Shown here in pieces: positions 1 through 14,300 of a stretch of DNA of 64,000 nt; the stretch's first letter is position 1; each line of letters starts with the position of its first letter. A program made the translations under genes and the position numbers. The DNA is from Octopus vulgaris. Lineage: Eukaryota. Below the pieces are notes generated by a model. That model was not told the DNA's origin. It searched no databases and saw only the letters and a list, made by a program, of their open reading frames with translations. The stretch is from NCBI GenBank assembly GCA_951406725.2, contig OX597822.1:45136001-45200000 (forward strand), given 5' to 3'.

Positions 1-14
1 TTATTATTATTATT

Positions 15-106
<92 letters not shown>

Positions 107-158
107 GGGGGCGAGCTGGCAGAATCGTTAGCGCGTTGGACGAAATGCCGCTACATTC

Positions 159-232
<74 letters not shown>
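1..232. repeat. (TTA)n/(TTG)n and (TAG)n microsatellites around a SINE-B head fragment (104-160)
   Basis: Direct trinucleotide runs; GGCGAGCTGGCAGAATCGTTAGC head shared with many other copies in the window. Confidence 0.9.
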
Positions 233-233
<1 letters not shown>

Positions 234-833
234 AAGTTGCCGCAGTTCTGCTGCACCTACTGCTACTGCTGCTGTTTTTCTTCTTCCTTCTGTAGTTCCA
301 GTCTACGAGACCACAATCCGCCAAGGGACTCACAGACAGACAGACAGTCAAAGACATTACCAAAGTTTTCCCGCTAATGTCACCCCAATCACGTATTTCC
401 CATTCGTGTGTAATTACTTTGGCAAGACCTCGCTTTCAGCCAAGGATCCAGATCACGTGATAATTGCATCAATTTCATTCTCTTGGATGACCAGGATCAA
501 TCACGTTGCTCTTTTCTACTCTCTTTCTTTCCCTTCCCGCTTTTAGTTTGTTTTCTCTTTCTTTTTCTTCTTCGCCTCTTTCTCTCCATCTCCCCATCTC
601 TCTCTCTCTCTTTCACTATCTTTCTCTCTCTCTCGTTCGCTCACTCACTCTCACCTGTTGCACAATGCACACACGTATACATACACGTATACATACAAAT
701 GAATGCATGCATATGTGTATGTGTACGTGCGAATTTATAAGTATATATTTGTACAGCGTATACGTTCTTAGATAGACAGTGAGACAGACAGACAGACAGA
801 TAGATAGACAGACAGACAGATATATATATGTAT

Positions 834-930
<97 letters not shown>

Positions 931-976
931 CGGACAGACGGACAGACAGACAGAAAGACAGACAGACAGATAGATA

Positions 977-1642
977 AGTTTCTTTATTGGCCACACAGGG
1001 CTGCATACAGATGGGACAAATTACAAGGTAGAGCTTTTCTTTTGGAGGATGAAAAAAAAGTGGCGTAGGTTTTTGATCAAAAGGGATCGTAAAAGGGAAA
1101 AAAGAAAAAAAGAAAAAAAGGAAAAGAAACAAAAGAAAAGAAAAAAGAAGAAAAAGAGGGAAAAAAGGGAAGAGGAAAAAAAGGGAAGAGGAAAAAAAGG
1201 GAAGAGGAAAAAACGATCAATAGAGATCGCGTATCACAGTGTTATGATGTACGGTGTAAAGGGGGAAGCAGATAAGGTTTATCCGTAGGAAGAAAAGCCT
1301 ACGAAAAAGACCACGGTAACCTCGGTCAATATTGTTATATGTTACCACATTTGTTTGCAAGTGGGTAACCCTCTGTTTTCAATTTCTGGGTTCATACGTA
1401 CCATCCTTGCTACATTCACCCATCTTTTTTTAAAACATTCGCTAGGCAAAACTTGCCTCTCTACTCTCACTTTCCTTTTCAAGTGGTACTTGAAGAAGTT
1501 GATGAGAGATTGACCAGAGAGGGAAGTGTTTGTCTCCAATCCTTTCAGACGCGTCCACCAGATACATTCTTTCGCCATAGCCACAAGGACGATGAAGATA
1601 GCTCTTCCTTCCCGTTTGAAGGAAGGAGGCGTGACAATATTG

Positions 1643-1643
<1 letters not shown>
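977..1643 (-). mobile_element. 5'-truncated 3' end of an L1/Tx1-like non-LTR retrotransposon inside a (GATA)n tract
   Basis: ORF 1342-1584 (AKECIWWTR...FKKRW) resembles the C-terminus of L1/Tx1 ORF2; T-rich 3' UTR ending AATAAAGAAACT then (TATC)n; a diverged copy lies at 6490-7026. Confidence 0.6.
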
Positions 1644-2282
<639 letters not shown>

Positions 2283-2561
2283 ATGCATTATGTATATTAT
2301 GTACACGCCAGTTCTTTCAATATCTGCTTGTCTAAGCACACATGCACATTTACTGACGCGCTCACACACACATATCCATACACCAACATTGAATAAACTC
2401 AATATACAAAAGAGCTAATGAGAAAAACCTCTAGCTGTTCATTCTTCTAGTAATAGAAACTAAATCGGCTTCAAATATCAGCCTACCATCTTAAAGTAAG
2501 GAATACACATATATTTCTATGTCTAAAGAAAGAAATATATGATGTCACGGTTGGATTGCCC

Positions 2562-2850
2562 TGGCACTCCGTCGGTTACGACGACCAGGGTTCCGATTGA
2601 TCCGATCAACGGAACAGCCTGCTCGTGAAATTAGCGTGCAAGAGGATGACTACTTCACAGACACAGCGTAACACAAAATACATCATGACTGGCCCTTTGA
2701 ATTTCATGTACAACTAATTCATTTTTGCCAACTCAGTAAACCGGAGTAACGTGAAATTAAATGTCTTGCTCAAAAGTACAACGCGCCCGCCATGAATCAA
2801 ACTAATGGCCTAACGATCATCAGCCGAATACCCTAAGTAACGTGCACTCA
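2562..2850 (-). mobile_element. tRNA-derived SINE family C
   Basis: Reverse complement of copies at 27495-27802 and 52878-53198 (tail CCGTTGATCGGATCAA...GTCGTAACCGACGGAGTGCC; central TTGAGCAAGAC). Confidence 0.75.
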
Positions 2851-2902
2851 CCTGACATTTTTTAACTAAGGACTCTCCCTCGATTTTTGTACTATTCAAA
2901 AA

Positions 2903-3178
2903 ATCAGTTTTGTCTTAAGGCCTTTTTCCTTAGGGCAGTAGTTCAGCCTTGTCTTAAGGCCCTTTCCCTCAGAGCAGTAGTTCAGCCTTGTTTTAAGTCC
3001 TTTTTCCCCAGAGCAGTAGCTCAGCCTTGTCTTAATGCCCTTTTCTTTACAGCAGTAGTTCAGCCTTATCTTCAGGCCCTTTTCCTTAGATCAGTATTTC
3101 AGCCTTGTCTTAAGGCCCTTTTGCTTCGATCAGTAGTTCAACCTTGTCTTAAGGCTCTTTTCCTTAGAGAAGTAGTTC
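2903..3178 (+). repeat. 39-bp minisatellite, about 7 copies (GCAGTAGTTCAGCCTTGTCTTAAGGCCCTTTTCCTTAGA)
   Basis: Tandem units read directly; they explain the 13-aa periodicity (AVVQPCLKALFLR) of ORF 2887-3363. Confidence 0.9.
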
Positions 3179-3341
3179 CCAACCATCTTTTGCTTCTGGA
3201 CTCTTTTGATTTCTATTTAACCTTACTTTCAAAATATTTTATGTATTGTCGAAGTGTAATTACATTATTGCACATAAAATTTGGCAAAGAAATCTTATAT
3301 GGATCCCCAAAGCTTATGTGGACCCCAGTTGAGAACTATTG
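3170..3341. mobile_element. hAT/Charlie-like MITE
   Basis: Imperfect terminal inverted repeats (C)AGTAGTTCCCAAC / GTTGAGAACTATTG; related diverged copy near 43005-43256; no target-site duplication seen. Confidence 0.5.
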
Positions 3342-3824
3342 TCATGCCAGCAACGATGCATAGGATCTGGCGCAAACGATTGACAGGGACCTTTTGATGG
3401 GAAACCTTCAATAGAAAATGCATTGAGATGGGGCTGTTGACTAATCCTGCTGGAGCACTTTGCCTCCAAGCGTCACACGCCGCCGGAGCGTTTAAACCAC
3501 GGTTCGTCTAAGTAAAGGCAATCCAACCGTGACATCATATAGTCCTGATAGAAGATCATTAGCGGAATATTGGTGGAATATTTCTATCAAAACTTGTACC
3601 AAATGTACGAATAACGGACTGACGACCCCACGATATGGTCACTTTTATCTGCTTAATATAGAAGCTAAAATCTCTCAAACTCTACGATTGTTTTAGAAAA
3701 GAAATGCGTGATATAATGTTGTACTGGGTATCTTGCACTGAGAAAAAATCGCGATGATCATGGTTGGAATACCTTTGATCAAAGTTCCGTTCGAGCAGGT
3801 CTGACCTGAAGCTAAACTATTCTT

Positions 3825-4105
3825 TTACTCTTTAACTCTTTTACTTGTTTCAGTTATTTGACTAGGGCCATGCTGGGGCACCGCCTTTAGTCGAGCAAAT
3901 CGACCCGAGGACTTATCCATTGTAAGCCTAGTACTTATTCTATCGGGTCCTTTTGCCGAACCGCTAAGTTACGGGGACATAAACACACCAGCATCGGTTG
4001 TCAGGTGACGTTGGGGGAACAAACAGACGCACAAACATATACACATACATACATATATATATATACATATATACGACGGGCTTCTTTCAGTTTCTGCCTA
4101 CCAAA
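3825..4105 (-). mobile_element. SINE family A, truncated by an RTE fragment
   Basis: Matches the full copies at 28453-28859 and 37072-37585 up to CTACCAAAT. Confidence 0.85.
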
Positions 4106-4109
4106 TGGT

Positions 4110-4400
4110 TCAATCAGAAGCAACTGTCATTACACTTTCTGGCTGGCTGGATTCCCAAGCGTGATCAACTGAGACGATGGATATTACTCCACTATCTCGT
4201 TCTTGGTTTACACCTTAAGTCATCTGCTGGCTGGCACTAAAGAATCCGTCTTTCGATTCTTTCCTGTGACATTCTAATTGAATGTCCTCAGTACCCAAGT
4301 TCTGACCTCTCAATGCCAAGTAGTAGCGATTCGACCGGAGAAACTCCCTGATAGCCGAGCCACGCACCCTGACAAGTAACGTTACTCAAGGCATCTTTCA
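4110..4400 (-). pseudogene. Decayed RTE-clade LINE ORF2 C-terminal fragment
   Basis: Manual minus-strand translation LGIERSELGY*GHSIRMSQERIERRIL*CQP...KPRTR* matches the RTE pattern L.W.GH..RM...R...L...P.G.R..GRP..RW. Confidence 0.6.
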
Positions 4401-5229
4401 GAGAAGCCCCGTTTTGGCCGCTAGTGGTCACGAAAATATTATGAATATTTGTAAATACTATTTACCCGGCAGATGTGGTCATTTATTTCAACATCAGTGA
4501 GGGAGCGATCATACAGGGACAACTATTTCTAAACCTCCATCTTGTCAATCCATCATAATATTTGATTTTGCTCTCATAGTTATCGATACATTTGGCCAGG
4601 TCATGACATGGCTAAGTGCTAATCTCCAAACGGTGGTGGTTTCATTTTCATTTATTTTTATTTATTTATTTACTTATTTATTTTCTAAAGAAATTGGCAA
4701 GTTGTTACACACTTTGGAAATAGAATCTACAAGCGGAACAGTAAAATTATTCAAGGTTTAGAAAACAATAGGATGTTAGATTCTAAATTACAGCAACGAC
4801 ATCTTGTTTCTTGGTAGAGAAGCCAGCTATTTTTTACAGGAAGAATTCAACTGAAATACAAAGATAAAATGAATGCATACATACATACACGCATACATAC
4901 ATACATACATACATACATACATACATACATACATACATACATGCATACATGCACACAAACACACTCATATATATATATATATATATATATACATTCATAC
5001 ATGCATGCAAGCACATGTATACGCTGTTGTTGAAACAATACACAGCGCCATTTATGTATGTGTATGTGCGTGCGTGTATGTAAATGCATTTATATTCATA
5101 TCAAGATATACACAAACACGCAAATATATGTATATATGTATATATATACCTATATGTATATGTATATACATGTATTTATATATATATATATATATATATA
5201 TGTGTCTATGTATATATACATATACATAG

Positions 5230-5285
<56 letters not shown>

Positions 5286-5312
5286 ATATATATGTGTGTG
5301 TGTCTGTATGTA

Positions 5313-5353
<41 letters not shown>

Positions 5354-5620
5354 CTATATGGTGGCCATGTAGTCAATGTCGAGCATGAGCGAACATCGTA
5401 TGTAAAGAAATGGGTGCTTATAAATATACATAGAATACATTCTTATATCTATCCATCCATCCGTACATATATACGTACATACATGACAAAGTGTGCGATG
5501 TGTGAAGCAGTGATCTGTAAAGTTGGTCTCATTGTTACAGAAGGAAGACAAAAAAAATATGAAAAAGCAAAAAGGTAAAAAAACACAGAAAACAGAAAGG
5601 AAATTACATTTTGTTTCGGG

Positions 5621-5621
5621 T

Positions 5622-5662
<41 letters not shown>

Positions 5663-6045
5663 CTCTCTCTTTCTCTCTTCTCACCTTTCTCTCTTCTCAC
5701 CTTTCTCTCTCTCTCTATCTCTCTTTGTTCCTCTCCTTCTCTTCCTCTCACCTTTTCTTTCCTTCTCTCTCTCTCTTTCTTTCTCTCTTACCTTTTCTCT
5801 CTCACTTTTTCTCTCACTTTCGCTTTCTCTCTCTCCCTCTGTCTCTATCTCTATATCCAATCTCTTTCTGTCTCTCCTTTTTCTGTCTCTTTCTCACTTT
5901 CTCTTTCTCTCTCCCTCTCTCTCTCCCTCTCTCTCTCCCTCTCTCTCTCCCTCTCTCTCTCCCTCTATCTGTATCCCAATTCTCTTTCTTTCTCTCTCAC
6001 CTTCTCTCTCCTCTTTCTCTCTTTCTCTCTGTCGCTCGCTCTCAT
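5621..6045. repeat. Polypyrimidine (CT)/(CTTT) low-complexity tract
   Basis: Composition; similar tract at 15290-15770. Confidence 0.9.
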
Positions 6046-6489
6046 TATCATCTTCAATATCATTATCGTCGTCGTCGAATTCATCATCATCATCATCATC
6101 ATCATTATCATCTTCACCATCGAAGTAAACATCAGCTCAGGTAATAAAGATAAACCCTGAGCAAAGAAAAGCATACCACTGGGATTGGGATGAATGCTAA
6201 TAAAGTGCGGTTAGTAGTTTGGCATTGACGTCTAGTTTAGAGCAGAGAGGCTGAGGCTGTTGTTGTTGAAAATAATGATGGCGATGATAATAAAGAGGGG
6301 GAAGAGGACGACTTCAACGACGATGATACGGACGAAGACGGGAAAGGGAGAAACGATGATGAAGATGGTGATGATGATGATGATGATGATGATGACGATG
6401 ATGACGACGACAACGACGATAATAATGATGATGATGACGATGATGATATACATATATGCCATTCATAAGATAATCATCTATTGCTCTGG

Positions 6490-7026
6490 CATCTCATTTT
6501 CTGAAGCAAGGCAGTCTTCATTGTATTGGTGGCTATGGTGAAAGAATGTGTGTGGGGGACTCGTGCGAAAGGTTAAAAGATAAACACTTTCCTCTCTGGC
6601 CAACCGCTCATATACATTTTCAAGTAACACTTTAAAAGGAAGGTGAGAATAGAGAGGGAAGCTTTATCTCATGAAAGTTTCAATAAAAGGTGAGTGAATG
6701 TTGCAAAGATGGTACGTACGAATGAAGAAACCACTTTGAGCATGATCCTGTAAATCAGAGAGAGAGAGAGAGAAGCGTTTGCCTCCCTTCCTGAGGTTAT
6801 CGTGTGTTTTTTTTTTGTGTAGGCCTTTCTTTCCACGGATAAACCTAATTTCTTTTACAGTTTTACTCCCCCTTGTGGGAACTCAATTATAAACAGAACA
6901 TTGTTACTTCGGTCTTTAAACGTCCCAAACGCTTTCGATCCCTTTTGATCGTATTATTTTTTTAGAAAAGAAAAGTTCTACATTGTGTTGTTCCCTCTGT
7001 ATTCGGCCCTGCATGGTTAATAAAGA
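6490..7026 (+). mobile_element. Second, more diverged 3' fragment of the L1/Tx1-like element
   Basis: Colinear with the reverse complement of 977-1620 (GTGGCTATGGTGAAAGAATGTGTGTGG; CGGATAAACCT; AATAAAGA end); contains stop codons. Confidence 0.65.
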
Positions 7027-7036
7027 TATATATGCA

Positions 7037-7568
7037 TTGTGTTGTCCGGAAAGTTCGTGCCGATTTTTAAAGGAAAGAAAAAGGTCAATAAATACTTGCC
7101 ATTACATTTTAAATCAACCAAATATGAACCATTTTGTTGCACAATGCGTCTCCATCTTTCCTTTAACTTGAAAATACCCTCTTCCCAGAATTGAGGTGGT
7201 TTCATGGTTTCATCCAAGGAATTGAAATTTTTACCATTAAGACTATTCTGCAGAGACCTGAATAAGTAGAAATCCGAATAAACAATATCTGATGAAAATG
7301 GAGGTTGGGGTAACACATCCCAGCCGAGCTGCAGCAATTTTTGTCTGGTTCCCAAAGCATCAAGTGCCGAAAATGAACTTTTTTATCTTCTATTTTAAAA
7401 GGTTGCAGAATTAGCACAAGTTATAGGAATATAAACCTTCTTCCACGAAAAGATAGCTTAAACTGTGCTCTAAATAGAGGTGTGGTCAAATCCTATTTTA
7501 TGGACTCAACCATGTTCTAAAATAAGTCGAAAGCTACTATAAATCGGCACGAACTTTCCGGCCAACAC

Positions 7569-7570
<2 letters not shown>
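7037..7570 (-). mobile_element. Internally deleted mariner transposon
   Basis: 30-bp terminal inverted repeats (TTGTGTTGTCCGGAAAGTTCGTGCCGATTT / AAATCGGCACGAACTTTCCGGCCAACACTA); ORFs give the N-terminus and WDVLPQPPFSSDIVYSDFYLFRSLQNSL (YSPDLAPSD-like). Confidence 0.9.
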
Positions 7571-7641
<71 letters not shown>

Positions 7642-8139
7642 ATATGTATATATGAGTGTGTGTAGATACATACATGCATACATACACACGACGAGCTCCA
7701 ACAGTCTTCGTCTGCCATATCCACATACAGAGCTATAGTAGAAGAGACTTGCTCAAGGTGCAGCACAGCAGGACTGCATCCAAAACCAGACGTTTGCTAA
7801 ACTTGCTTCCTAACCGCTCAACGAAACCTGCAGCTATGAATGCAATTATTTTCCAAATTAAATTTCTGCTTCGACACCGACACAGATCATTGTTTCTTCC
7901 AAAAGCCAGCAGCTGTATTGTCTCTGGATGAGTGGGACCTGGAGTTGAGGAACTGACACATACAGCCAATGTTGTTGGGGCTATTATGATGCGTGCGGAG
8001 GAATGAGATGATGAAAGAGCTAGTCAAAGACTTTTCTATTTCCCAGAATTCGAAACTTTCTTGGTAAAGTGACACGGTTGAACTGGAATTTGTGATTATA
8101 AATTGTATTGAATATAAATACAAATGCTGAGTATAGCTG

Positions 8140-8298
8140 TAGGCGTAGCTGTGTGGTAAGAAGTTTGCTTTCCAGCCACATGGTTCTGGGTTCAGTCCGA
8201 CTGTGTAGCACCTTGGGTAAGTATCTTCTATATAGTCTCGGGCCAACCAAATCCTTTTGAGTGGATTTGGCGGACGGAAACTGAAAGAAGACCGTCGT
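8140..8298 (+). mobile_element. SINE family A 5' part (tRNA-like head plus CORE-like segment)
   Basis: A-box-like TAGCTGTGTGG, B-box-like GGTTCAGTCC, then CCTTGGGTAAGT. Confidence 0.8.
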
Positions 8299-8355
8299 AT
8301 GACGGTTTCCGTTTGTTGTGTTTTTTCTGTTCTACCTTTGATATATATATATATG

Positions 8356-8588
8356 AAAAATATATAAACACATAACGAGAGACAAGTACGGGACATAATA
8401 CCAAAAGAAGTCTAACTCAACCTCAGTCGTCGACATTTCTGGTTGCTGCTGTCTTATGAAGCTTTCCTATCTTGCTGTTCAAAGCACGAAATAGGAAGTG
8501 ACAAAACAATCGACAACTGGAGAGGAGTTAGACTTCTTTTGGTATTTTGTTCCGTACTTGTCTCTCGTTGTGTATTTACATATTTTTC
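8356..8588. repeat. Imperfect fold-back palindrome between (TA)n tracts
   Basis: ACGAGAGACAAGTACGG...CCAAAAGAAGTCTAACTC pairs with GAGTTAGACTTCTTTTGG...CCGTACTTGTCTCTCGT. Confidence 0.85.
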
Positions 8589-8621
8589 AGTCGTTGCTTA
8601 TGTCCTGTACTTAATGAGTAT

Positions 8622-8714
<93 letters not shown>

Positions 8715-9324
8715 TATAAATGAGTAACAAAGATGTACAGGTGTCAATTCATTACGGCCGTTTCAAGCGACTCCTTTGCTAGGTCGCGTTGTCTGCACAC
8801 ACGGTAGGAATATGAGGTACACACACCCCTACACGGAGTCTAGATAATTAATATTCAATTAATAACGTTTTGGTGTGCGGATTATCCCGACCTCGCAAAG
8901 TGTCTCAATTTAAGTACCTAATTCAACGGAATCTTAGTTATATATGTGTGTGCGTGTGTGTGTGTCTGTCTGTTTGTCTGTCTGTTAGTCCCCCCACCAC
9001 CGCTTGAGAACAGGTGTTGATGTTTACGTCCCCATAAAATAGTTGTTCGACCTATGGAACAGACTTCAAAAATAAGAACTGGGGTCGATTCGTTTGTCTA
9101 AAAATTTCTTCAAGGCGGTGCCCCAGCATGGCCGTAGTCTAATGATCGAAACAACTGAAAGAACAAAAGATAATGAATACGTTAACATACAGCTTTAATA
9201 ACACATATACATATATATACACACATACGCAGATACCACATATATATGCATACACACTCACACACACAAAGACGTAGATATACACATGCAATGAGGGCAA
9301 AAGTAATATACATCAATAATATTA

Positions 9325-9725
9325 CTCTTCGAGGCACAAGGCCTTAAAAATTTAGTGGGGGGACAGGGCTAGTCCATAACATCGACCCCCGTGCGTAACA
9401 GGGACTTATTTCATCGACCCCGAAAGGATGAAAGGCAAAGTTGACCTCGGCGGAATTTTGAACTCAGAACGTAACGGCATACGAAATACCTATTTCTATT
9501 TCTTTATTACCCACAAGGGGCTAAACACAGAGGGGACAAACAAGGACAGACATAGGTATTAAGTCGATTACATCGACCCCAGTGCGTAACTGGTACTTAA
9601 TTTATCGACCCGAAAGGATGAAAGGCAAAGTCGACCTCGGGGGAATTTGAACTCACAACGTAACGCAGACGAAATACCGCTAAGCATTTCGCCCGGCGTG
9701 CTAACGTTTCTGCAAGCTCGCAGCC
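9325..9725 (-). mobile_element. SINE family B, partial tandem dimer
   Basis: Two consecutive copies of ATCGACCCC...GAAAGGATGAAAGGCAAAGTCGACCTCGG; head followed by (TAA)n. Confidence 0.85.
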
Positions 9726-9758
<33 letters not shown>

Positions 9759-9903
9759 TTAAAAATAATAAGGCACATGCCTCAAACACCTACACGTATA
9801 TACTAAGATGCGTTTACGTAGTGAAACATGGCATAAAGCTTGAATAACACTCATACACGTACGCAAACACGCGTATGTGAGTGTGTGTGTGCGTATGTGT
9901 GCA

Positions 9904-9977
<74 letters not shown>

Positions 9978-10154
9978 CATACATACGTACACACACGCAC
10001 ACACGCAACACATTGGCATATATTCATATACACAAACACACATACTCACACATACAAAAATACACGTAATCGGATGCACATATACCGCCATTTTCTCCGT
10101 CATTCTCTATCTCCATCTCTCTCTCACGCACACACACATACACATATATGCATG

Positions 10155-10230
<76 letters not shown>

Positions 10231-10231
<1 letters not shown>

Positions 10232-11381
10232 GAGGGACGTTCAATAAGTAATGCCTCTGACCCACTTGCAGTTGTTTGATCTAACTGAAATTTTGCATGT
10301 GCAATTATTTCTATCTCTATAGATTAAGTGGAGAATTACAGCTCTGGACTAATTGTGGTTTCTGACTTACAGGTGTTTGAACTGAGTCAAGTGTGAAATG
10401 GAGCCTGTTGAGTGTCAAGCAGTGATCTGGTTTTTGTATTTGAAAGAACGCACACCACGGGAGACAGTTGATGAAATAAAAGTAACTTATGGTGATGATG
10501 CCCTATCATATGAACTTGTAAAACGCTGGCATCGGGAATTCAAACGTGGTCGGAACTTTGTGGAAAGAGCTCCCAAATCTGGTCGCTCCCCTTCTGCTAT
10601 TGATGAGGCATCTGTCTGTCAAGTTGAGGCTGCCATTTTGGAAGATCGACGCATAACTATTCGCCAAATAGCCCATGAGGTCAAGATTAGTACTGGGTCT
10701 GTGGAAACTATCATTCATGACCATTTGCATATGCAAAAGGTGTCTGCCAGATAGATTCCCAGGTTGCTCAAACCTTTCCAGAAGCAAGAACACGTCGAGT
10801 GTTCGAGGACGAATTTGGAGATGTGCCAAGAAGATGAGTCAAAATTTTTCAAAAGACTGATTACACAGGATGAAACCTGGGTCCATCACTATGATCCAGA
10901 GACCAAAGCCCAGTCAATGCAGTGGAAGCACCGTGACTCACCTCCTCCAAAGAAGTCAAGGGTGCAGCCCTCCGCTGGTAAGGTCATGCTCACAGTCTTC
11001 TGAGACCAGGACGGAGTAGTGATGACAGATTTCCTGGCAAAGGGTACCACAATTACAGGAGCCTATTATGCGTCACTTTTGAGGAAATTAAGAGAAGCTA
11101 TCAAAATCAAAATCAAGAGGCGGGGCAAGATCAGCCATGAGGTTGTTTTGGAAAGGAAAGCGTTTCCCAGATGATGCAGCCTTGATTTCTGAAGTCACGT
11201 CGTGGTTGGAGGACCAAGCTGGGGTCTTCTACAAAAACGGTCTCCAGAGCGGCATCAAACGATGGGAGAAATGCGTAACTCTGGGTGGTTCCTATGTAGA
11301 AAAAGACATAACTGTGCCAAGTTTCGTTGCTCTACTGCTATAGGAAGTGGGTCAGGGGCATTACTTATTGAACGCCCCTCG
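10231..11381 (+). mobile_element. Mariner transposon (irritans/Himar-like) with a defective transposase
   Basis: 37-bp terminal inverted repeats flanked by TA within (TA)n; ORFs 10398-10754, 10764-11003 and 11137+ give the HTH, ITQDETWVHHYDPETK, SAGKVMLTVF and RWEKCV..GGSYVEK; stops plus a deletion remove the HDNA and YSPDLAP motifs. Confidence 0.95.
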
Positions 11382-11756
11382 TATATATATCTTTCTATAT
11401 ATATATAGATATATATATATATTTATATATATTTATTTATATATATGTGTGTGTGCGTATATATGTATATATGTGTGTGTGTATATATGTGTATCTTTAC
11501 ACTCACAAACACACACACAAACACACGTACTACTCACAGAAGCACGCTCTCGTGCATGCAGACATACACTCTACAATCACTTCAAACCATACGCACATAG
11601 ACCAATACGCACATATATGCGCACACACAAATACACATATACATATACACACATCGACATATAGAAAGACACACAGAGACCCAAAACACTCACTTACACA
11701 CACACTCTCTCTCTCTAACTTTCTCTTTTCTTTCTCTCTCTCTCTCTCTCTCTCTC

Positions 11757-11850
<94 letters not shown>

Positions 11851-12031
11851 CACCTACATACACACCTGCTCTATGAATTTAATTCCACACTCAACAATTC
11901 CAGAAATAATTAATATTGCTAATTTCTCAATAACAATTTATGACAACAATAATTAGGTTCCAGCAACGTCAACATAAGTATTGTTACTTTTGGTGTTGCT
12001 GTTGTTGTTGCTATTCTCATTACTATTATTA

Positions 12032-12087
<56 letters not shown>

Positions 12088-12122
12088 TTTATTTTTATTT
12101 TTATTATTATTATTATTATTAT

Positions 12123-12550
12123 GTGAGAGAACAGTGCATCCCATCAAAGTGACACCCATCATGACTACCTGTCTGATAAGGGTACACTAGGCACATGCAT
12201 CATAACCATATGTGCGCGACGTGGTGATCTCATATCAAGATAAACAGCACATGAACTTGCTGGTGGGACCCAGTTAGAACTTTCATCGGGTCGAGTAACC
12301 CATCTCGCTCAAAAGGTCCCTGAATAAAGGTTGTTTAAGGATGTTGAACGAAACATCCATGTTTCCAGAGGTGAACTATTCAAACCCCAAAGAATCCCTC
12401 TCAACATATGGCTATGATGCTCCCCCACTACTGCTGGTCGTGATCAGAGATGCACATATCGTCAGCCACTAAGGGACATGCTCAACTGGTTATGGTCAAA
12501 CAACTGACAAGCAAATCTCTGGTATTGAGCAGAATATTTGTTGTATGTCC
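12123..12550 (-). mobile_element. Non-coding retroposed element embedded in (TAA)n, 5'-truncated copy
   Basis: Highly similar to 57482-57800 plus 58358-58588; (TTA)n on both sides; shares one end and is truncated at the other. Confidence 0.75.
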
Positions 12551-12625
<75 letters not shown>

Positions 12626-12708
12626 CATTATTGTTATGATTATTATTATTGTTATGATTATTATTATTGTTATGATTATTATTATTGTTATGATTATTAT
12701 TATTATTA

Positions 12709-12764
<56 letters not shown>

Positions 12765-13180
12765 GAAGGTGACGAGCTGGCAAAAATGTTAAGCACGCCG
12801 AAAGAAATGTTTAGCAGTATTTCGACTGGTGCTACGTTCTGAGTTCAAATTGCGTCGAGGTTGACTTTGCTTTTCAAAATTTTGTGTGTTGATAAATTAA
12901 GTACCAGTTGAGTACTGGGGTCGAAGTAATCCACTATCCTCCTACCCCAAAGTTCAGGCCTTCTACCTACAGTAGAAAAGATTATTATTACTATTAAAAT
13001 AAAGGCGGTGAGCTGGCAGAATCGTTTGGATGCCGGACAAAATGCTTAGCAGCACTTCGTCGGCCTTGACATTCTGAGTTCAAATTCCACCCAGGTCGAC
13101 TTTTTGCCTGTCATCCTTTCGGGATCGATAAAATAAGTACCAACCGAGTAATGGGGCCGATGTAATTGACTAGCCCCATC
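12765..13180 (+). mobile_element. Two tandem SINE family B copies
   Basis: Head GAGCTGGCAGAA, B-box-like GAGTTCAAATTC, and GCCTTTCATCCTTTCGGGGTCGATAAA..AAGTACCA (resembles the Meta/MESC SINE domain). Confidence 0.85.
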
Positions 13181-13639
13181 CTTTAATAGATAATATACGC
13201 AAAAGAATATCTATGCTATCCTCTGATCGTGATACTTTTAATAGACATGCCCTTTGTTATAAGGCATAAAGAGGAGCAGAATATAACTCTAAAATAAAAT
13301 TCTTTAATCATTACGAACACCTTAAAAATACAACAGGTAATATTAATACTCATTCTAACAACAACAATATGAATAATAATAAAAGACAATACAAGGAACT
13401 AAACAAAGATAAAAAACATCATATTTACTATTAATGATTACAATTATGATAATAGTAGTAATGCAGAGGATGAGAATAAGATCAATAATATGAAACATAA
13501 TACATTATATAAACGGAGAAATAATACACCTACGTATAACGCTTTGATACCGATGGTGTCTAATAATCATGATATAAAAATATAAAAGATAAAAAGGATA
13601 TTACATAGTTAATTATTCTATGTGGGGATCAAGTGATGA

Positions 13640-14300
13640 TGAATATTATTCAGGAGATACTAAAAATTGTAAAAGTGTCTTTTAAAAAAGGACAACATTT
13701 ATTCTAATATAATTTCCAATAAAACCATAAGAGTAGGTTACTCAACATCGAGGAATATAGGTAATAACTAATAGGAAATTAAATAATGATTATACAATAA
13801 ATAATAGCTCTAGCTATAATATAACTGTTAGTGATGGAAGACATAATCCACATAGATAAATGTTCATGTCCTGATCAGACTAAATGTAAGCTCTCTAATA
13901 ATTGTCATATTAACAATGTAATTTATAAATGTATAGTAATTTCTAAGAACATTAATAATAAATATGTAAATAAAGTATATATAGGATCTACATCTTATGA
14001 AATTAAAAAAGAATCTCCCAACAATACCAGACTTTCAAAAATCCCAATTTAAGTAAGCCCATAAGTTAAAGTAAATATATATGGGAATTGAAATCTAGAA
14101 AAACTGAGCACACCCTTCGTTGGAGTATAATAGGTAGAGCCCACTCTTATAATATTGGGAATAAAATGTGCTTATTATGTATAACAGAATTTATGGAACT
14201 GATAAAGTCTAGTGACAAATTATTAAACACATACGAAGAAAGAGAAGTTAAGTGTAGATACCAAATTAAATTTGCTTTCAATGCAATAAAATACTGGACC
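13640..14300 (+). pseudogene. Penelope-like element GIY-YIG endonuclease remnant
   Basis: ORFs 13831-14052 and 14088-14363: CSC...C...NVIYKC...VYIGST, then WELK...WSII..AHSY...CLLC..E...LLN..E...CR; frameshifted. Confidence 0.75.

Noticed and set aside
2887-3363. 158-aa repeat protein
   Set aside because: Frame produced by a 39-bp minisatellite plus MITE; non-ATG start and no homology.
8140-8215. tRNA genes at SINE heads (also 52878, 54355)
   Set aside because: A/B-box-like motifs only; no complete cloverleaf, and they continue into SINE bodies.
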